64,000 bases of DNA, taken from NCBI GenBank assembly GCA_013239625.1, contig MU053881.1, positions 4,361,957 to 4,425,956 on the forward strand, given 5' to 3'. The position numbers and the translations under genes were made by a program. The number at the start of each line of letters is the position of its first letter. The stretch's first letter is position 1. This DNA comes from Lama guanicoe (taxonomy: Eukaryota). The notes beneath the pieces were generated by a model. The model was not told the DNA's origin and did not search any database. It saw only the letters and a program-made list of their open reading frames with translations. Of the stretch, positions 1 through 11,730 are shown one piece after another.

Positions 1-1689
1 TGGGTGGCCACCATCACTGAAGTCCACGGTCCAGCTGTTTGCCCCTGGTTCTAAAGTCCATTCACACTCGCCCTTGGTGTCTCAGCGCCCCTTGCTGCAG
101 CCCCTGGGAACTTGCTGAAACCTTGCACGCCTCATGGCTGTCTCGGGCTCATGTATCCAGCTGCTGACTTCTGCACAGTCTGCACTGTCATCTCTACACA
201 GCTGCACGTGGCCTGGGGCAGCCTGCTAACGCCACTCAAGAAATCGAGACATAAGCACTCCTCCTGCCCTGCCCCATCCTCTGTTCTCAGGATCCTCCAC
301 CCCACCTGGATGTGTCCACCATGGCCTCCTTTGGGGGTCCTCTCTGATCTGGGAAAACCAGACACATCCATCTGGCCCCTTCATCACACTGGCTTCTTCT
401 CTGTGGAACAAGCACAAGGGAGCAGAAGGGGCTGGCCTCCCCTTCCTCCCCTCCCTCAGCTCGGGACTTTGTGGCAATTTAATCTCCTCTATCCTGGGCT
501 GGTCCCACTCCTTCCATGAGGCCACGACAGACGGGCAACAGGCAGACCACAAGAACAATTCCTACAGCTTGCCAATCAATAATAGAAGACTGGCAAATAT
601 TATGCTGCTTTCCATTGCTTTCCCAAAGCTTTCGAAGGGCTCCGCAGAGCAAAGGGCCCCTAGTTAAGAGTCACCATCTTCCTGTTGTCAGTCAGGGTGA
701 GAAATGACCATTTTTTTTCATACCTTGTGATTATGACATCCAGGGGTGATGATTATCACGTTAGTTATTCGTTTAGTCAGCCACGGAAGAAAGGAAACAC
801 ACAAACAATGCAATTAAGAAATGCGCTTGGTGTTGGCTTATAAGCCTCCTTCTCGTCTTGTGCCTCGTGAGGCATGGTGGAAACCCACTTCCACGCCCGG
901 TCCCTGCAGTCACAATCTCCTGCCCCCTCCCTTCCTTCTCTCTCCCCAAGATACTTCATTTTAATCCAATTTCCTCCACCGAACAACACATCATAGGAAT
1001 GGAAATTAAAACAACATTGAAGTATCAGGTCTACCTTTTCTGACAAAACACATAAAATTATGACACTCTTCAGGGTGTGAACCGTCTGACAACAGCTTGG
1101 CAGTGAACCGTGAGAGCTCTGAAAAACTGTTCCTACCTTTTGACCTAGAATTTATCCTGCAGAAATGATTCCTGAAAGGAAAAAACTGTCACACGCATGT
1201 TCATTGTGGTGATATCGCTAATAGCTCCAAATTGGTAACCTCAAAACCAAATGACAGGGGAAAGGTGAGGGAAAACACAGTACTCTGAAGCCGTGTAATA
1301 GTACGCAGTCATTAAAAATGACGGGAAGATTACATAGCAACATCAGAAGTGCTTGTAATTTGATGCTCGGCATGAAAAGGCAGCATCCCAAACTGTCTCT
1401 CTGCACATTCTCCCAGACCCCCCACAGCCTGACCAGCCTGATCTTCTGTCCCTATCTTCCTGCCCAGCCCAGTTCAAGCCCCATCATTGCTAGAACACAA
1501 AATGGAAAATTCTGAGCACAGAGATGCTCATCCTCATGACCACCTCTGGCCCCAGATGAGGCATTTTTGGAGGACAGGCACTCTGTGTTCTCTCTCTCTC
1601 TCTCTGCTACCTGGCACTTAATAAATGCTTAATTAATGTTTATTGACTTAAAGAATCAACGACAATAACTTTGATTACTGCTTCCTGGG

Positions 1690-2062
1690 CATCTGTTACG
1701 TGGCAGGCATTGTGATCGGCATGTCTCTTGTATTACTTCACATTATTTTATTCTGAGAGAAGTTGATCCTCTTACCACCCGCTTTGGTACAGATGAGGAA
1801 CTGTTGCTCAGAGAAGTTGTACCACATACTCAAGGCCATGCATTTGGTAAGGAAAGGAGACACAATTTGTTTTTATTTTTTATTGCAGTATAGTTGATTT
1901 ACAATGCTGTGTTAGTTGTATGACAAAGCGATTCCTTATACATAGACATATATATGTATTTTTTTTCAGATTCTTTTCCATTATAGGTCATTACAAGATA
2001 TTGAATATAGCTCCCTGGGGAGTCAGAATCTGAATCCAGTTCTGTCTGGCTTCTGAGCCAGT
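1690..2062 (-). mobile_element. MIR SINE, interrupted by an L1 3' end (1868-2017)
   Basis: MIR core 'acagatgaggaactgttgctcagagaagtt...actcaaggcca' at about 1790-1840. The MIR-like sequence resumes after the L1 at 'agtcagaatctgaatccagttctgtctggcttc'. Confidence 0.7.
1868..2017 (-). mobile_element. 5'-truncated artiodactyl-type L1 3' end
   Basis: T-rich tail, then 'agtatagttgatttacaatgctgtgttag...ttcagattcttttccattataggtcattacaagatattgaatatagctccctg'. This is the reverse complement of the same L1 3' end seen at 9632-9818. Confidence 0.8.
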
Positions 2063-2389
2063 GTTCTGTTTATTTCAAGATACACGTGTGTGTGTGTCTA
2101 TATCATCATATCATCCATAAAAAATGTAGAGAAAAAAATCTGGATGATTTACTTGGCTGGTGAGTAGAGAAGATGCGGAATGTTTTTGTTCTGTTTCGTA
2201 TATAATTTCTTTAAATGTTAGGGTGAGCGGAACAGAGAGGAAGCCACCTCGGTTCCAAGTTTTTCTAGGGTTGAGGCCAGTTTCCTGGATATCTTAAAGG
2301 GAGATACCAAGTTGGTCAGCTAACTCCTTCTTTGCATAATACCTTTCAGGGCCCAGGAGACATCCAGCTTCAGAGAGCTGGTGGTGTGT

Positions 2390-2720
2390 TAAGACCCGGG
2401 CCGTGATGGGAGCTAGAAGCAGAGAGCATCGTCTGCCTCGCGCCGCACGCGGGTGAGGAAGCCGGGCTCTGCCTCTGCGACCCCCGCCCTGACCCAGACC
2501 CCCCGGCCCACTGCGCAGGCGCAAGTGTTTGCTCCCCACTCCGGCCGCGCAGCTTTTGCGGCCCTTCGTGGAAGCTGCGCAGCTGAAGTTCCCGGGGGCG
2601 TCTCATCACGGCATCAGTGCTGGGTGGAGGCGGGAGCGTGGGGAGGGCGGAAGCACACACCATGGCCACGCTATTCATGGAAGCACTAAGGTTTAGAAGG
2701 CTGATGTGACGTCTGAGTTG
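2390..2720. promoter_or_regulatory. Small CpG island / candidate promoter
   Basis: Strong local CpG enrichment against CpG-depleted flanks. Motifs: NRF1 consensus TGCGCAGGCGCA (2512-2523), GC box CCCCGCCC (2482-2489), ETS core GCGGAAG (2647-2653), CRE-like TGACGTCT (2707-2714). Confidence 0.6.
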
Positions 2721-3142
2721 TAGAATTCAAAGAAGACACTCATTGCACGGGCTTAAGCTTGTGTCTCATTACTGTACCATTCTGCCCATGTGTTCTGAGT
2801 TAATATATTGAATAAATTCTGTAATTATCTTGTGAATAGCATAATTACATTGCTTTGTGTTTTTTGGTCAGTGTTGAAAGTGTGAATTTGATAAATGCAA
2901 ATGTTTAAAGACATATCATAATTTTCCAAAATTTTGTTTTAGCACATCTTCATTTAAAAAAAAAATTTACTCAGAAATACTGAAGAAAACTGAAGTGGCC
3001 CAGGGCCATTTTATTCCCAGAGAAATCAAGACTCTTGGTGTCTGAGTTTATATGGTGTAGAGACAAGCTCAGAGCTCTTAGTGTATTTTGGGCCATTGAA
3101 TGTGCTTGCAAATGGAATCTGTTCTTCATATGTTAAATAATG

Positions 3143-3172
3143 AAATAAAATAAAATAAAATAAAATAAAATA
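3143..3172 (+). repeat. (TAAAA)n microsatellite
   Basis: aaataaaataaaataaaataaaataaaata seen directly. Confidence 0.9.
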
Positions 3173-3234
3173 GGAAAAAACAGAAAATAAGATGAGAAGA
3201 AGCAAAATTTAGGTTTTAAAAAAAGAGCAGAGGG

Positions 3235-4250
3235 GGACTTTCATTTTAAAATGGAGATCAAGTCCATTCATTTGTATCTGCTTCTTTCTTAAACACCACG
3301 AAAATGACAAGGGAATATCAAAGGTATAAGTCTAGAAAAGTGCAAAAAAAAAAAGAGAACTTAGACATATCAATTAATTTTATGAAAAGGGAAAGCATTT
3401 GGGTAATAGTAATCAGCTTTGCCAACTAGAGAAAGCTTTAACCTAAGCCTACAAGAGAGAAACCAGAAGACCCCAAAGCATCTCAGGAATTGAATACCAG
3501 GTAGCTTGGAGATGGGATGAGGAGTAGATCTGAAAATAGTAGGAACGGCAGAAGCAGCAGGAGGCAGCAAGTACCACCATCACCACCAGCACAGCCATCA
3601 CCACCAGCATCACCAGCATCACCAGCATCAACAGCGAGATCACCACCACCACCATTCCCTCCCTCAACTGGTAAATCCAGACAAACATCCTTCCTCTATC
3701 ACAGCAAAACCCTGGATGTGTTGCTTTGGGGAAAGATGAATTGGAGAGACACTACTGCAGCTCAGAATAGGTGCAAAAGATTTTATTTTACAAGGGTGGT
3801 AAACGAAAGTTTCCATGTGGAGTACAGAGATCTGCCCTGGGTATCAGGACAACAGCCCCCAGGCTGGAGGTTGAAGGACTCCTTCCTAGGGAAGCTAAGC
3901 AGTCTAAGAGCAAAACCAAGTCACCACTTTTTCTGCACAATGGTGACGCTCGCTGAAATCAACAAGCCCCACTGATGAGCTTTCCAACAGCTTTTCAGCT
4001 CTTACAGATGAACACCAGCGCAAGCCACCAGACAACCAAACAAAACGAACAGAAAAGAGGAGAATCAAAAGGTGGCAGAGATGATGCTGAAGGCAGAAGC
4101 AAACTGCCAAGGAATGAAAAGAAGACCCATGGCGATAATACCCCCGGAGAGAGAGGGGCAGCTCCTCCACCCCTGAGATAAGACTAAGAGGCTATAAAAA
4201 TGAAAGGTCAGAGAGTAAGAAAAGTCCGTGTGAAAGAAAAGAAAATAGAA
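3235..4250 (+). mobile_element. Very old L1M/HAL1-like 5'/ORF1-region remnant
   Basis: A-rich, purine-skewed degenerate sequence resembling ancient L1ME 5' regions; recognised only loosely. Confidence 0.35.
3572..3655 (+). repeat. Compound (CAC/CAT/CAG)n trinucleotide repeat
   Basis: caccatcaccaccagcacagccatcaccaccagcatcaccagcatcaccagcatc...caccaccaccaccat. Confidence 0.85.
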
Positions 4251-7200
4251 GGACTCTAAAGGCCTCTGCCCTCCCAGAGTCTAGGGAGGGTAACACATCG
4301 GACGGCCATAGCTCTGGACAGCAGGACAGCTGGTTCCCATCAACCTGTGGCAAAGATGCATTTGAAAACTGGTAGGTCTGGCTACCAGATTCCTGGTGTT
4401 TATTGTTTGTTTCATCGCCACAACAATCCTTGTAGGTGTGAATTATCCTTATTTTAGACCTAGAATCTCAAAAAAGATACAGTATTCGGTTAAAACACAT
4501 ATAATAGTTTTGTAGGTCATTGCAGTTTCCACGGTTCAACCTAATATATGGTCTAAGGCCACACTGCAACTTTTTTCGCCAAAGATATAAAAGGTTAAAA
4601 GATAAAACATCATCGTCTGGGGTCTCAAATGTGACGATTTTTTCACATGTTATCCTTGAATCTAAAAGGGAAAAGAATGTATAATTTTGTAGTGGTTGCT
4701 AAAGCCCTGTTTCCAAGGTTGGTTGTGGTTGACTTGCAGCAAAACCACGGCATTAATGGTGAGTGAGTCTGTGTGTGTGCGTGTGTGTGCACGCGCGCGC
4801 TGAGTCGGGGAGGAGGGTGAAGAAATCAAATATTATCACTGTCCAAGGAGATGGCGAATGTGTGTTGGTGGGAGTATAGGTTGGATGCAGAAAGCTCATT
4901 GCTAGATCTTTCCATCAGGCTGACTGTACAGAGGTACAGTTCTTGGTAGAAAAGCGCAAGTCATTAGGTGCCAGAGACCTTCATTTTTTCTTAGGAGTGC
5001 CCTTGTAAACTGTTAACCTGATGCCGTTCTCCCCGCTGCCTGGGATAAAATCTTTGAGAGGTGGAAATTTCACCATCAATTTCATTGGTCACTCATCTTG
5101 CACAATAACAAATCTTCCCCAGACACTCATGTCCCCAGGAATGGTCTCATTTTCGTAATGAACATTTCTAGTCTGGGTAATTGAAGGAACTCCAAAATTT
5201 TATTTAAAGTGAAGTTATGCCTCCTCCCCCAAGTTGGGGTCTGCTTAGGGCTGCCTAGGTCTTCTCTGGCTCCTTCAGGTAAAATGGAGGGTGGGGTTGG
5301 AGAGAGATCACCCCTCCATGGTTCCTGGTACCCATGGTCCGTGGCTTTGGTTTCTCTTGGCTTTGGCAGAGGTTTAAGCCTGACTCTTTCTCTCCTGAGT
5401 ATTCCGTGTGTCCTTAGAAACCCTTATCATTGCAGGATCTCCCATCTGCGAGTCCTGTAAGCCATAGATTGTCTATGCTGGCTGGCTGGCTGTGTACTGT
5501 CTTCATGTCTTATAGACTCATCATTGAGGTCATTACACCTGGGTGGCCTTTTTAGAGAAGGTCTCCAGCCAGCTCTCTCTTCCGCCTGGTCCACATCACC
5601 ATGGGAAATGTTCAGTCATTCTCTGCCCCACACATGCTGGCCGTTCACAGCTCAGTGGCCCTCCCCTCCGCTTTCCTCAGCCCAACCTCTTCTTGACCAT
5701 TGATCTCTTGGATGGGGGGCCAACTCCGGCCTCATGTGTTTTTCCAAACCCCAGGGACAGAGACCAAGTTCCCGAAGTGGTCCTCTGATGGCCTCCAGCC
5801 ACAGGCTTAGGATGAGAAGGAAGTCCATCTCCTGCCTTGAGCGGGGCCTACCACAGATTCCCATAACTTTCCCCAAGATTGTCTCTCCTCCCAATGTCCT
5901 CCGTCTCAACACTTTTATACCGTAAAGTGGGGGTTGGGCTCAAGGTTAAAAAGCTAAATTTTGCCCCCCAACTCTGTAGGTCCTGCATAGGTGAAGGAGC
6001 TCCTTATTTTGAGGTAGAAAGGGCCCCATTTTGGTAAACCATTCAGTGTCCTCCATAAGCAAATATGCTCTTGGCAGATGTGGTTGAGTGGAAGCAGGGG
6101 CTTGTATGTGGGTCTGTTTCTGCCCGTGGGGAGTACGAGGGACCGCATGTATGTACACAGAGATGCACCTGTGTGTAGGGGGCGTGGAAATGACCTCTGT
6201 GGGTAGACACATGTTGTAAGTGTGCACCCGTGTGCGCATGTGTGTGAAGCGTGTGCTTCAGCTGTGTGTATGAGATCTGCATGGAGACCAGAGCGGGGTC
6301 CTCACCAGCCTGGATGGCAGACATAGCTTCTTCCAGCTGCATGATGCAGTGGCAGGCACACCGAGAGGGGATGGGGTCACAGGTGCCCTTTAAATAGAGC
6401 AAGGCATTGTGCGTCCCCTCACCACTGGGAGACCTAGAACAATGATTTGATTTGCCTTAAAGCAAAAAGCTCCTCTCCTGGTTTTGCCTCTTAGCTGAAT
6501 GCAGGAGCGAGAGGGCGAGAGATTTCTGCAAAGATTATCTTGTTTGCCAACCAAGCTTATTTCCCCTCCTCTTTGCATGTGAGCCGCAGGAGCAGCCCAT
6601 GTGAGTCTTAAGTCGCTGCCATGTGACTCTCTCATGTTGGTGGTGTCACGGGGCAGCTAAAGCAAAGGCCCTTTGAGGTCATTGTGTGTGCACGCATGTG
6701 TGTAGTGTGTGTGCATTTTCAGGGCCCTCGGAGGTGCCAGTGAACGTCACTGGAATATGTCTTTCTGGAGAGCCAGGGGCCCATTTCCATGGCGATGCAC
6801 AGAAAAAGCCAGGAAATCTGAGAAATATTGCCAGATGTCATGACCAAGGCAGGTTTGCCACAGTGCACAGGAAGGAAAATTCCCAGTCTGAGTGGTGGAA
6901 AGGCTTGGGAAGAGGGTCTGGGCTCCATCTGCTGCATGTAACCAGAAAACTCGGTGTCCTGGGGAGGAGCATTTGTATTTCTTCTGGCCTTTCCCCAGAG
7001 GATCCAGAACTCCACCCTGGTACCCTGGGCACACAGCATCCCTTTTAGGAAAAGTGCCAGCTAGAGGGGCTAGCTGATTGACAGGAACTTGAGGAGCTCA
7101 CTGCAGAACCTGGGGAAAAACCCAGTCAGTCTCATTCTCCAGGTTGGGCCCTGGCCATGGGATTACCCAGTACACTCACCTGGAATGGCCAGTGATGCTC

Positions 7201-7309
7201 ATTCTTCTAGGAAAGGCACAGCACAGTGAATCTCAGCCAATCACAGACTCTTAGACCTTGAGAACCCCTGCAAGTCACCATCTCTTTGCAGATGGGCACA
7301 CTGAGTTTA

Positions 7310-7790
7310 GTCATTCATTCACTGGGCACATACATACGGAGGCCCCTCCATGCTTGAGACGGGCTCTGGGAAGACAGCAGTTTAGGAATCAGGTGAGATC
7401 CTGGCCCTCAGAGAGCTGACATTTGCAGGGGGGTGGGTATTCGATGATGATCAGGATTAATAAGTGAGCTATACGGCATATTAGATAGTGAGTAGAGACC
7501 TGGAAAAGTGGAAGGAGCACACCATAGAGCCAGCAGCAGGAAGAGGGTTCTGGGTTCAGGGAGTGCAAGTGCAAAGGCCCTGGGGCAGGGGTCTGCTAAG
7601 GATGTTCAAAGAACTGCAGGAAGTCCAGAGAGGCTGGAGCACAGGGCCAGTGAGAGGGTGCTAGGCGGTAAGGTCCCAGGGTAACAGTGCCAGTTATGTG
7701 GGCCCTGAAGTCCTCTGTAAGGACTTTCTTTTTAGCGTGAATGAAAACAGAAGATATTGGGGGGGTTCGATCAGAAGAGAGATGATGTTA
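7310..7790 (-). mobile_element. L2 LINE 3' fragment
   Basis: Begins with 'cattcattca' (reverse complement of the L2 tail). Body contains 'gcaagtgcaaaggccctggggcagg...gaagtccagagaggctggagcacag'. Confidence 0.75.
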
Positions 7791-8217
7791 CTTTTTTTTC
7801 AATTTCTTCTATTGTGAAATATGCATAAAATTTACACTCTTCTTTTTAAGTATACAGTCTTCAGTCATATTAAATATTCTCATAATAGTGTCCAGCCACC
7901 ACCACCATCCATCTCCATAATTCTTTTCATTTTTTCACTGAAACTCTGTACCCATTAAACAAGAACTCCCTGTTTCCTTCTCCCACACCTTGGCAACCAC
8001 CATTCTGCTCTCTGTCTCTGGGACATTGCCTGCTCTAAGTACCTCATAGAAGTGGAGTCATACAGTATTTGTTTTTTTGTGACAGTCTTGCTTCACTCGG
8101 CATAGTGTCCTCAAGGTGATCCAGGATTTCCTTCCTTTTTAAAGCTGAACAATAGTCCATTGTATGTGTATGACCCATTTTACCTACCTATTCATTCATC
8201 GATGGACACTTGGGTGG

Positions 8218-8348
8218 CTCCAATGTTTTAGTTATTGTGAATAATACTGACATGAATATGAGTGCTGGTAATAGCTCTTTAATATCTCCAATGTTTTAGT
8301 TATTGTGAATAATACTGACATGAATATGAGTGCTGGTAATATCTCTTT
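8218..8348 (+). repeat. 68-bp-period tandem duplication inside L1
   Basis: ctccaatgttttagttattgtgaataatactgacatgaatatgagtgctggtaata is identical at 8218 and 8286. Confidence 0.95.
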
Positions 8349-8651
8349 CAATTCTTTTGGGTATATATCCAGAAGCAGAATTGCTGGATCATACGGTAAT
8401 TCTATTTTTAAATTTTTGAGGAACCTACCATATCACAGCAGCTGTCCCATTTTCCCATTTTACATCCCCACCAATAGTGCAATTGCAACAAAGGTTGCAA
8501 TTTCTTTACATCTATGCCAACACTTGCTTCTTCTTCTTCTCCTCATCCTCCTCCTCCTTCTTCTTTTTTTTTTTTTTTTTAATGTAATCATCCTAATGAG
8601 TGTGAGGTGTTAGCTAATGGTAGTTTTGATTTGCATTTCCTTAATGATTCA

Positions 8652-9006
8652 TGTCTCGGTTCATTCAGGCTGCTATAACAAAATGCATCGTCAGGGTGGC
8701 TTATAAATGATACAAATTTATTGCTCATTGTCCTGGAGGCTGAAAGTTTCCTGAGATCCGGGTGTCAGCAATGTTGGCTAAGAGTTCTCTTCCAGATTGC
8801 AGGCTTTCACTGTGCCCTCACATGGCAGACGGAGCAAGGGAGCTCTCCGGGGCCTCATTTACAAGGGCACTAATCCCGTTCATGGGGGCTCCACCCTCAT
8901 GAGACTTAAGCATCTCCCAAAGACCCACCTCCTAATATCATCATCTTTGAGAGACAGAGTTTCAACATATGAATTTTAGAGGGACACAAACATTCAGATC
9001 ATAGCA
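8652..9006 (-). mobile_element. MLT1A-type (ERVL-MaLR) solo LTR
   Basis: 'tgtctcggttcattcaggctgctataacaaaat...ggtggcttataaa...ttcaacatatgaattttagagggacacaaacattcagatcatagca', with TG...CA termini. Confidence 0.85.
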
Positions 9007-9631
9007 TTAGTGATGTTGAGCATCTTTTCATGTGCTTATCGGCCATTTATATATCTTTTTGGAGAAATGCCTGTTCAAGTCCTTTGTCCAGTTTTAAACT
9101 GGGTTGTTTGCTTTTTTTGTTGTTCTAGGAGTTCTCTCTATATTGTGGATGTATGATTCGCAAATCCGTTCCCCCCCTTCTGTGGGTTCCCTTTTTACTT
9201 TTTACATATACATTTCAGTAGTGTTCAGTATATTCACACTGCTACGCAGCAGAACTTTTCATCTTGCAAAACTGAAACTCTATACCCATTAAACAACAAC
9301 TCTCACTTCCCTTTCCCCTGAGCAACCACCACTCTACTTTCTGTTTCTATGAATTTGACTACTTTAGGTACCTCATATAAGTGGAATCATACAGTATTTT
9401 TCTTTCTGTGACTGGCACTTCACTTAGCATAATGACTTCAGGGTTCATGCATTCTGCGGCATGGGTCAGCAGTGCCTTTCTTTTCACAGCTGAATAATAT
9501 TCCATTGTATGTGTCTACCACATTTTGTTCATCCATTCAACCGTCAATGGACACTTGGGTTGTTTCTATCTTTAGCAAATAATACTGCTTGGAATATGGA
9601 TGTGAAAATCTCTCTTCAAGATCCTGCTTTC

Positions 9632-9818
9632 AGTAAACAACATGTTTCTTCTGTAGAGCACAGAGAACTGTACAACCGTATTCAATATCTTGTGGTAACC
9701 TATAATGAAAAAGAATATGAAAGCGAACATATGTATGTATATGCATGACTGAAACATGATGCTGTACACCAAAAATTAACACAACATTGTAAACGGATTA
9801 TGCTTCAATTAAAAAAAA
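9632..9818 (+). mobile_element. 5'-truncated lineage-specific L1 with poly-A and 14-bp TSD
   Basis: 'tattcaatatcttgtggtaacctataatgaaaaagaatatg...acaacattgtaaa...ttcaattaaaaaaaaaa'. TSD aagatcctgctttc at 9618-9631 and 9819-9832. Confidence 0.9.
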
Positions 9819-10147
9819 AAGATCCTGCTTTCGATTATTTAGGATAAGTACATGAAGTCCAGATTCTTAACCAGCGCCCTATCAACACGGTGATGCCTGG
9901 GGGAGGGGCAAACTTGCCTTAATGGAGCACGTTCAGCACGTCCTGAAGACGGAGCCCAGGTGTTCTGAGTGCACAAGGACTAGTATAGTAAGGGATATAG
10001 ATGGCCATGCCTACTGTGCAACCCAAAGCGGAAAAAAATGATGAAGAAGATGCAGAATCTGCCCCTGGAGATGCTCACAGAGTATTTAAAAAGGAGCCAC
10101 CCTTATTAATCAAAGGGGCTTAAACTCAACTTATAACCTTCAGATGG

Positions 10148-10246
10148 GGGTGGGGTGGGGGTATCGCTTAGTGGTAGAGCATATGCTCAGCATGCATGAG
10201 GTCCTGGGTTCAATCCCCAGTACTTCCACTAAAAAAGATAATAATA
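10148..10246 (+). mobile_element. tRNA-derived SINE (camelid Vic-1-like) with 15-bp TSD
   Basis: A-box-like 'cgcttagtggtag', B box 'ggttcaatccc', A-rich tail. TSD ataaccttcagatgg at 10133-10147 and 10247-10261. Confidence 0.9.
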
Positions 10247-10339
10247 ATAACCTTCAGATGGAGATGTCTCATGATCTTAATATACCCAGAGCAGACTGAA
10301 TCGATGCTTCAGATCTATAGTAGCAAAATAACGATGAGG

Positions 10340-10560
10340 AGGATGAAAACCTTTACTGAGTGTTTGCCCTGTGCTGCAGTTGGACACATATGATTTTACT
10401 GAATCCTTGCTACGACTGTTATTCTCATGCTTCTACAGATGAGGACACTGAAGTCGAGGGAGGTGAACCTCTTTGCCCAAGACATGCAGCTGGTGCCAGA
10501 GCTGCGGTCAAGCCAGCCCCGCCAGACTCTCAGGTCCATACCCTTGCAAGCCGCTGCCTG
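10340..10560 (-). mobile_element. MIR SINE
   Basis: 'tctacagatgaggacactgaagtcgagggaggtgaacctctttgcccaagaca' MIR core. Confidence 0.7.
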
Positions 10561-11189
10561 CTTTTGGCCCTGACGTCAGATCGCTGTGCCTTCCCCTCTT
10601 CCAGGAAGCTGGCTGAATCAGGCTCCTGGAGGGGCTGCGTGGGCCAGGCCCCATTCCTAACAGCGAGGAGCCTTTACTACTGACAGAGACACCAGCAGAT
10701 TTCAACACTCTGATTTCCTCATCTTCCTTTCCCAGCATGTGGCCCACTGCTCCGTGACGCAGTAACAGTCAGGGAGCAGAGGTCAGGGGATGAGGTGCGT
10801 AAGGAGCTAGACTTCACCTGCTGCTTGTGCGACCACATCACCTCTCCACTGCTCCCTTAGCATCCCTTGGCAATCTCCCTCTGTGCCGCACAGAGACCTG
10901 AGCAGTCTTTTTAAAGTGTAAAACAGCTACAGTCTTTTCGTGGTTTCCCACTGTTCTTAGAATAGAAGTTGCACACCCTACCCTAGCCTACGAGGTCCCA
11001 TGCGATGCTGCCCTTGCTTGCCTCTCCCATGTGATCCCACTCCACCAGGAGATCAGCCTACTCACTCACCACGGTTTGGCCAAGCAAGCTGGGTCCTGTT
11101 TTCGCCTCACTCTGATCAAATGTTCCTTCTCCAGAAAGGCCTTCCCCAATCATCTTTAGGTAAATTAGACTTCCCCTGCTAGCATATAA

Positions 11190-11730
11190 CCTTTTTAAAA
11201 AAAATCAGTAATTTTTACTGGGGTAAAATATGCATAATACGAGATTTACCATTTTAACCATTTTTTAAGTGTAAGCTACAGTCACAATTTTGTGCGACCA
11301 TCACCACCATCCCTCTCTGGAACCTTCATTATCCCCAAAAAAGAACTCTGCATCCACTAAACCTTAATTCCCCATCCCCTTCCTCTCCCAGCCCCAGTCA
11401 CCTCTATTCTAATTTCTCTTTCTACGAATGTGCCTGTTCTAAATACCTCATTTCAGTGGAATCAACTGGTATTTCTCCTTTTGGGCCTGCCTTATTTCAT
11501 ACGGCGTAATGTCTTCAAAGGTTCATCCATGTTGTAGCTTGAATCAGAATTTCCTTCCTTTTTAAGGCTGAATAGTATTCCACTATGTGTATATTTCACA
11601 TGTTGGTTATTCACTCGTCGGTTGCTGGTGATGTGTCATTTCCACCTTTTGGCTACTCTGAATAATGCTGCTATGAACACTGGCATACAACCATCTGTTA
11701 AGAGTCCCTGCTTTCAATTATTTGGGGTAT
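11190..11730 (-). mobile_element. L1MB-type 3' end (duplicated at 13815-14355)
   Basis: 'tttaccattttaaccattttttaagtgta...gttcatccatgttgtagc...tcagaatttccttcctttttaaggctgaatagtattcc...aataatgctgctatgaaca'. Confidence 0.8.

Larger units (their letters stand above)
7791..9631 (-). mobile_element. L1MA/MB-type 3' segments (two pieces), interrupted by an MLT1A LTR
   Basis: 'gaaactctgtacccattaaac...gtacctcatagaagtggagtcatacagtattt...gctggatcatacggtaattctattttt...ttgcatttcc', then resumes 'ttagtgatgttgagcatcttttcatgtg'. A second 3' end starts at about 9200. Confidence 0.8.

Noticed and set aside
564..617. Minus-strand signal-peptide-like MESSIIFASLLLLIG
   Set aside because: Stops after 17 codons, with only a weak non-canonical GC donor and no supporting downstream exons.
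2222..3172. Processed pseudogene (GC-rich 5' end, AATAAA at 2811, TAAAA tail)
   Set aside because: No recognisable ORF and no flanking TSD found. Not fully excluded without BLAST.
8218..8348. CRISPR-like or regularly spaced repeat array
   Set aside because: Only two adjacent units inside an L1, with no spacers; eukaryotic context.
10148..10230. tRNA gene
   Set aside because: The tRNA-like head has an A-rich tail, a TSD and dispersed diverged copies, so it is a SINE.
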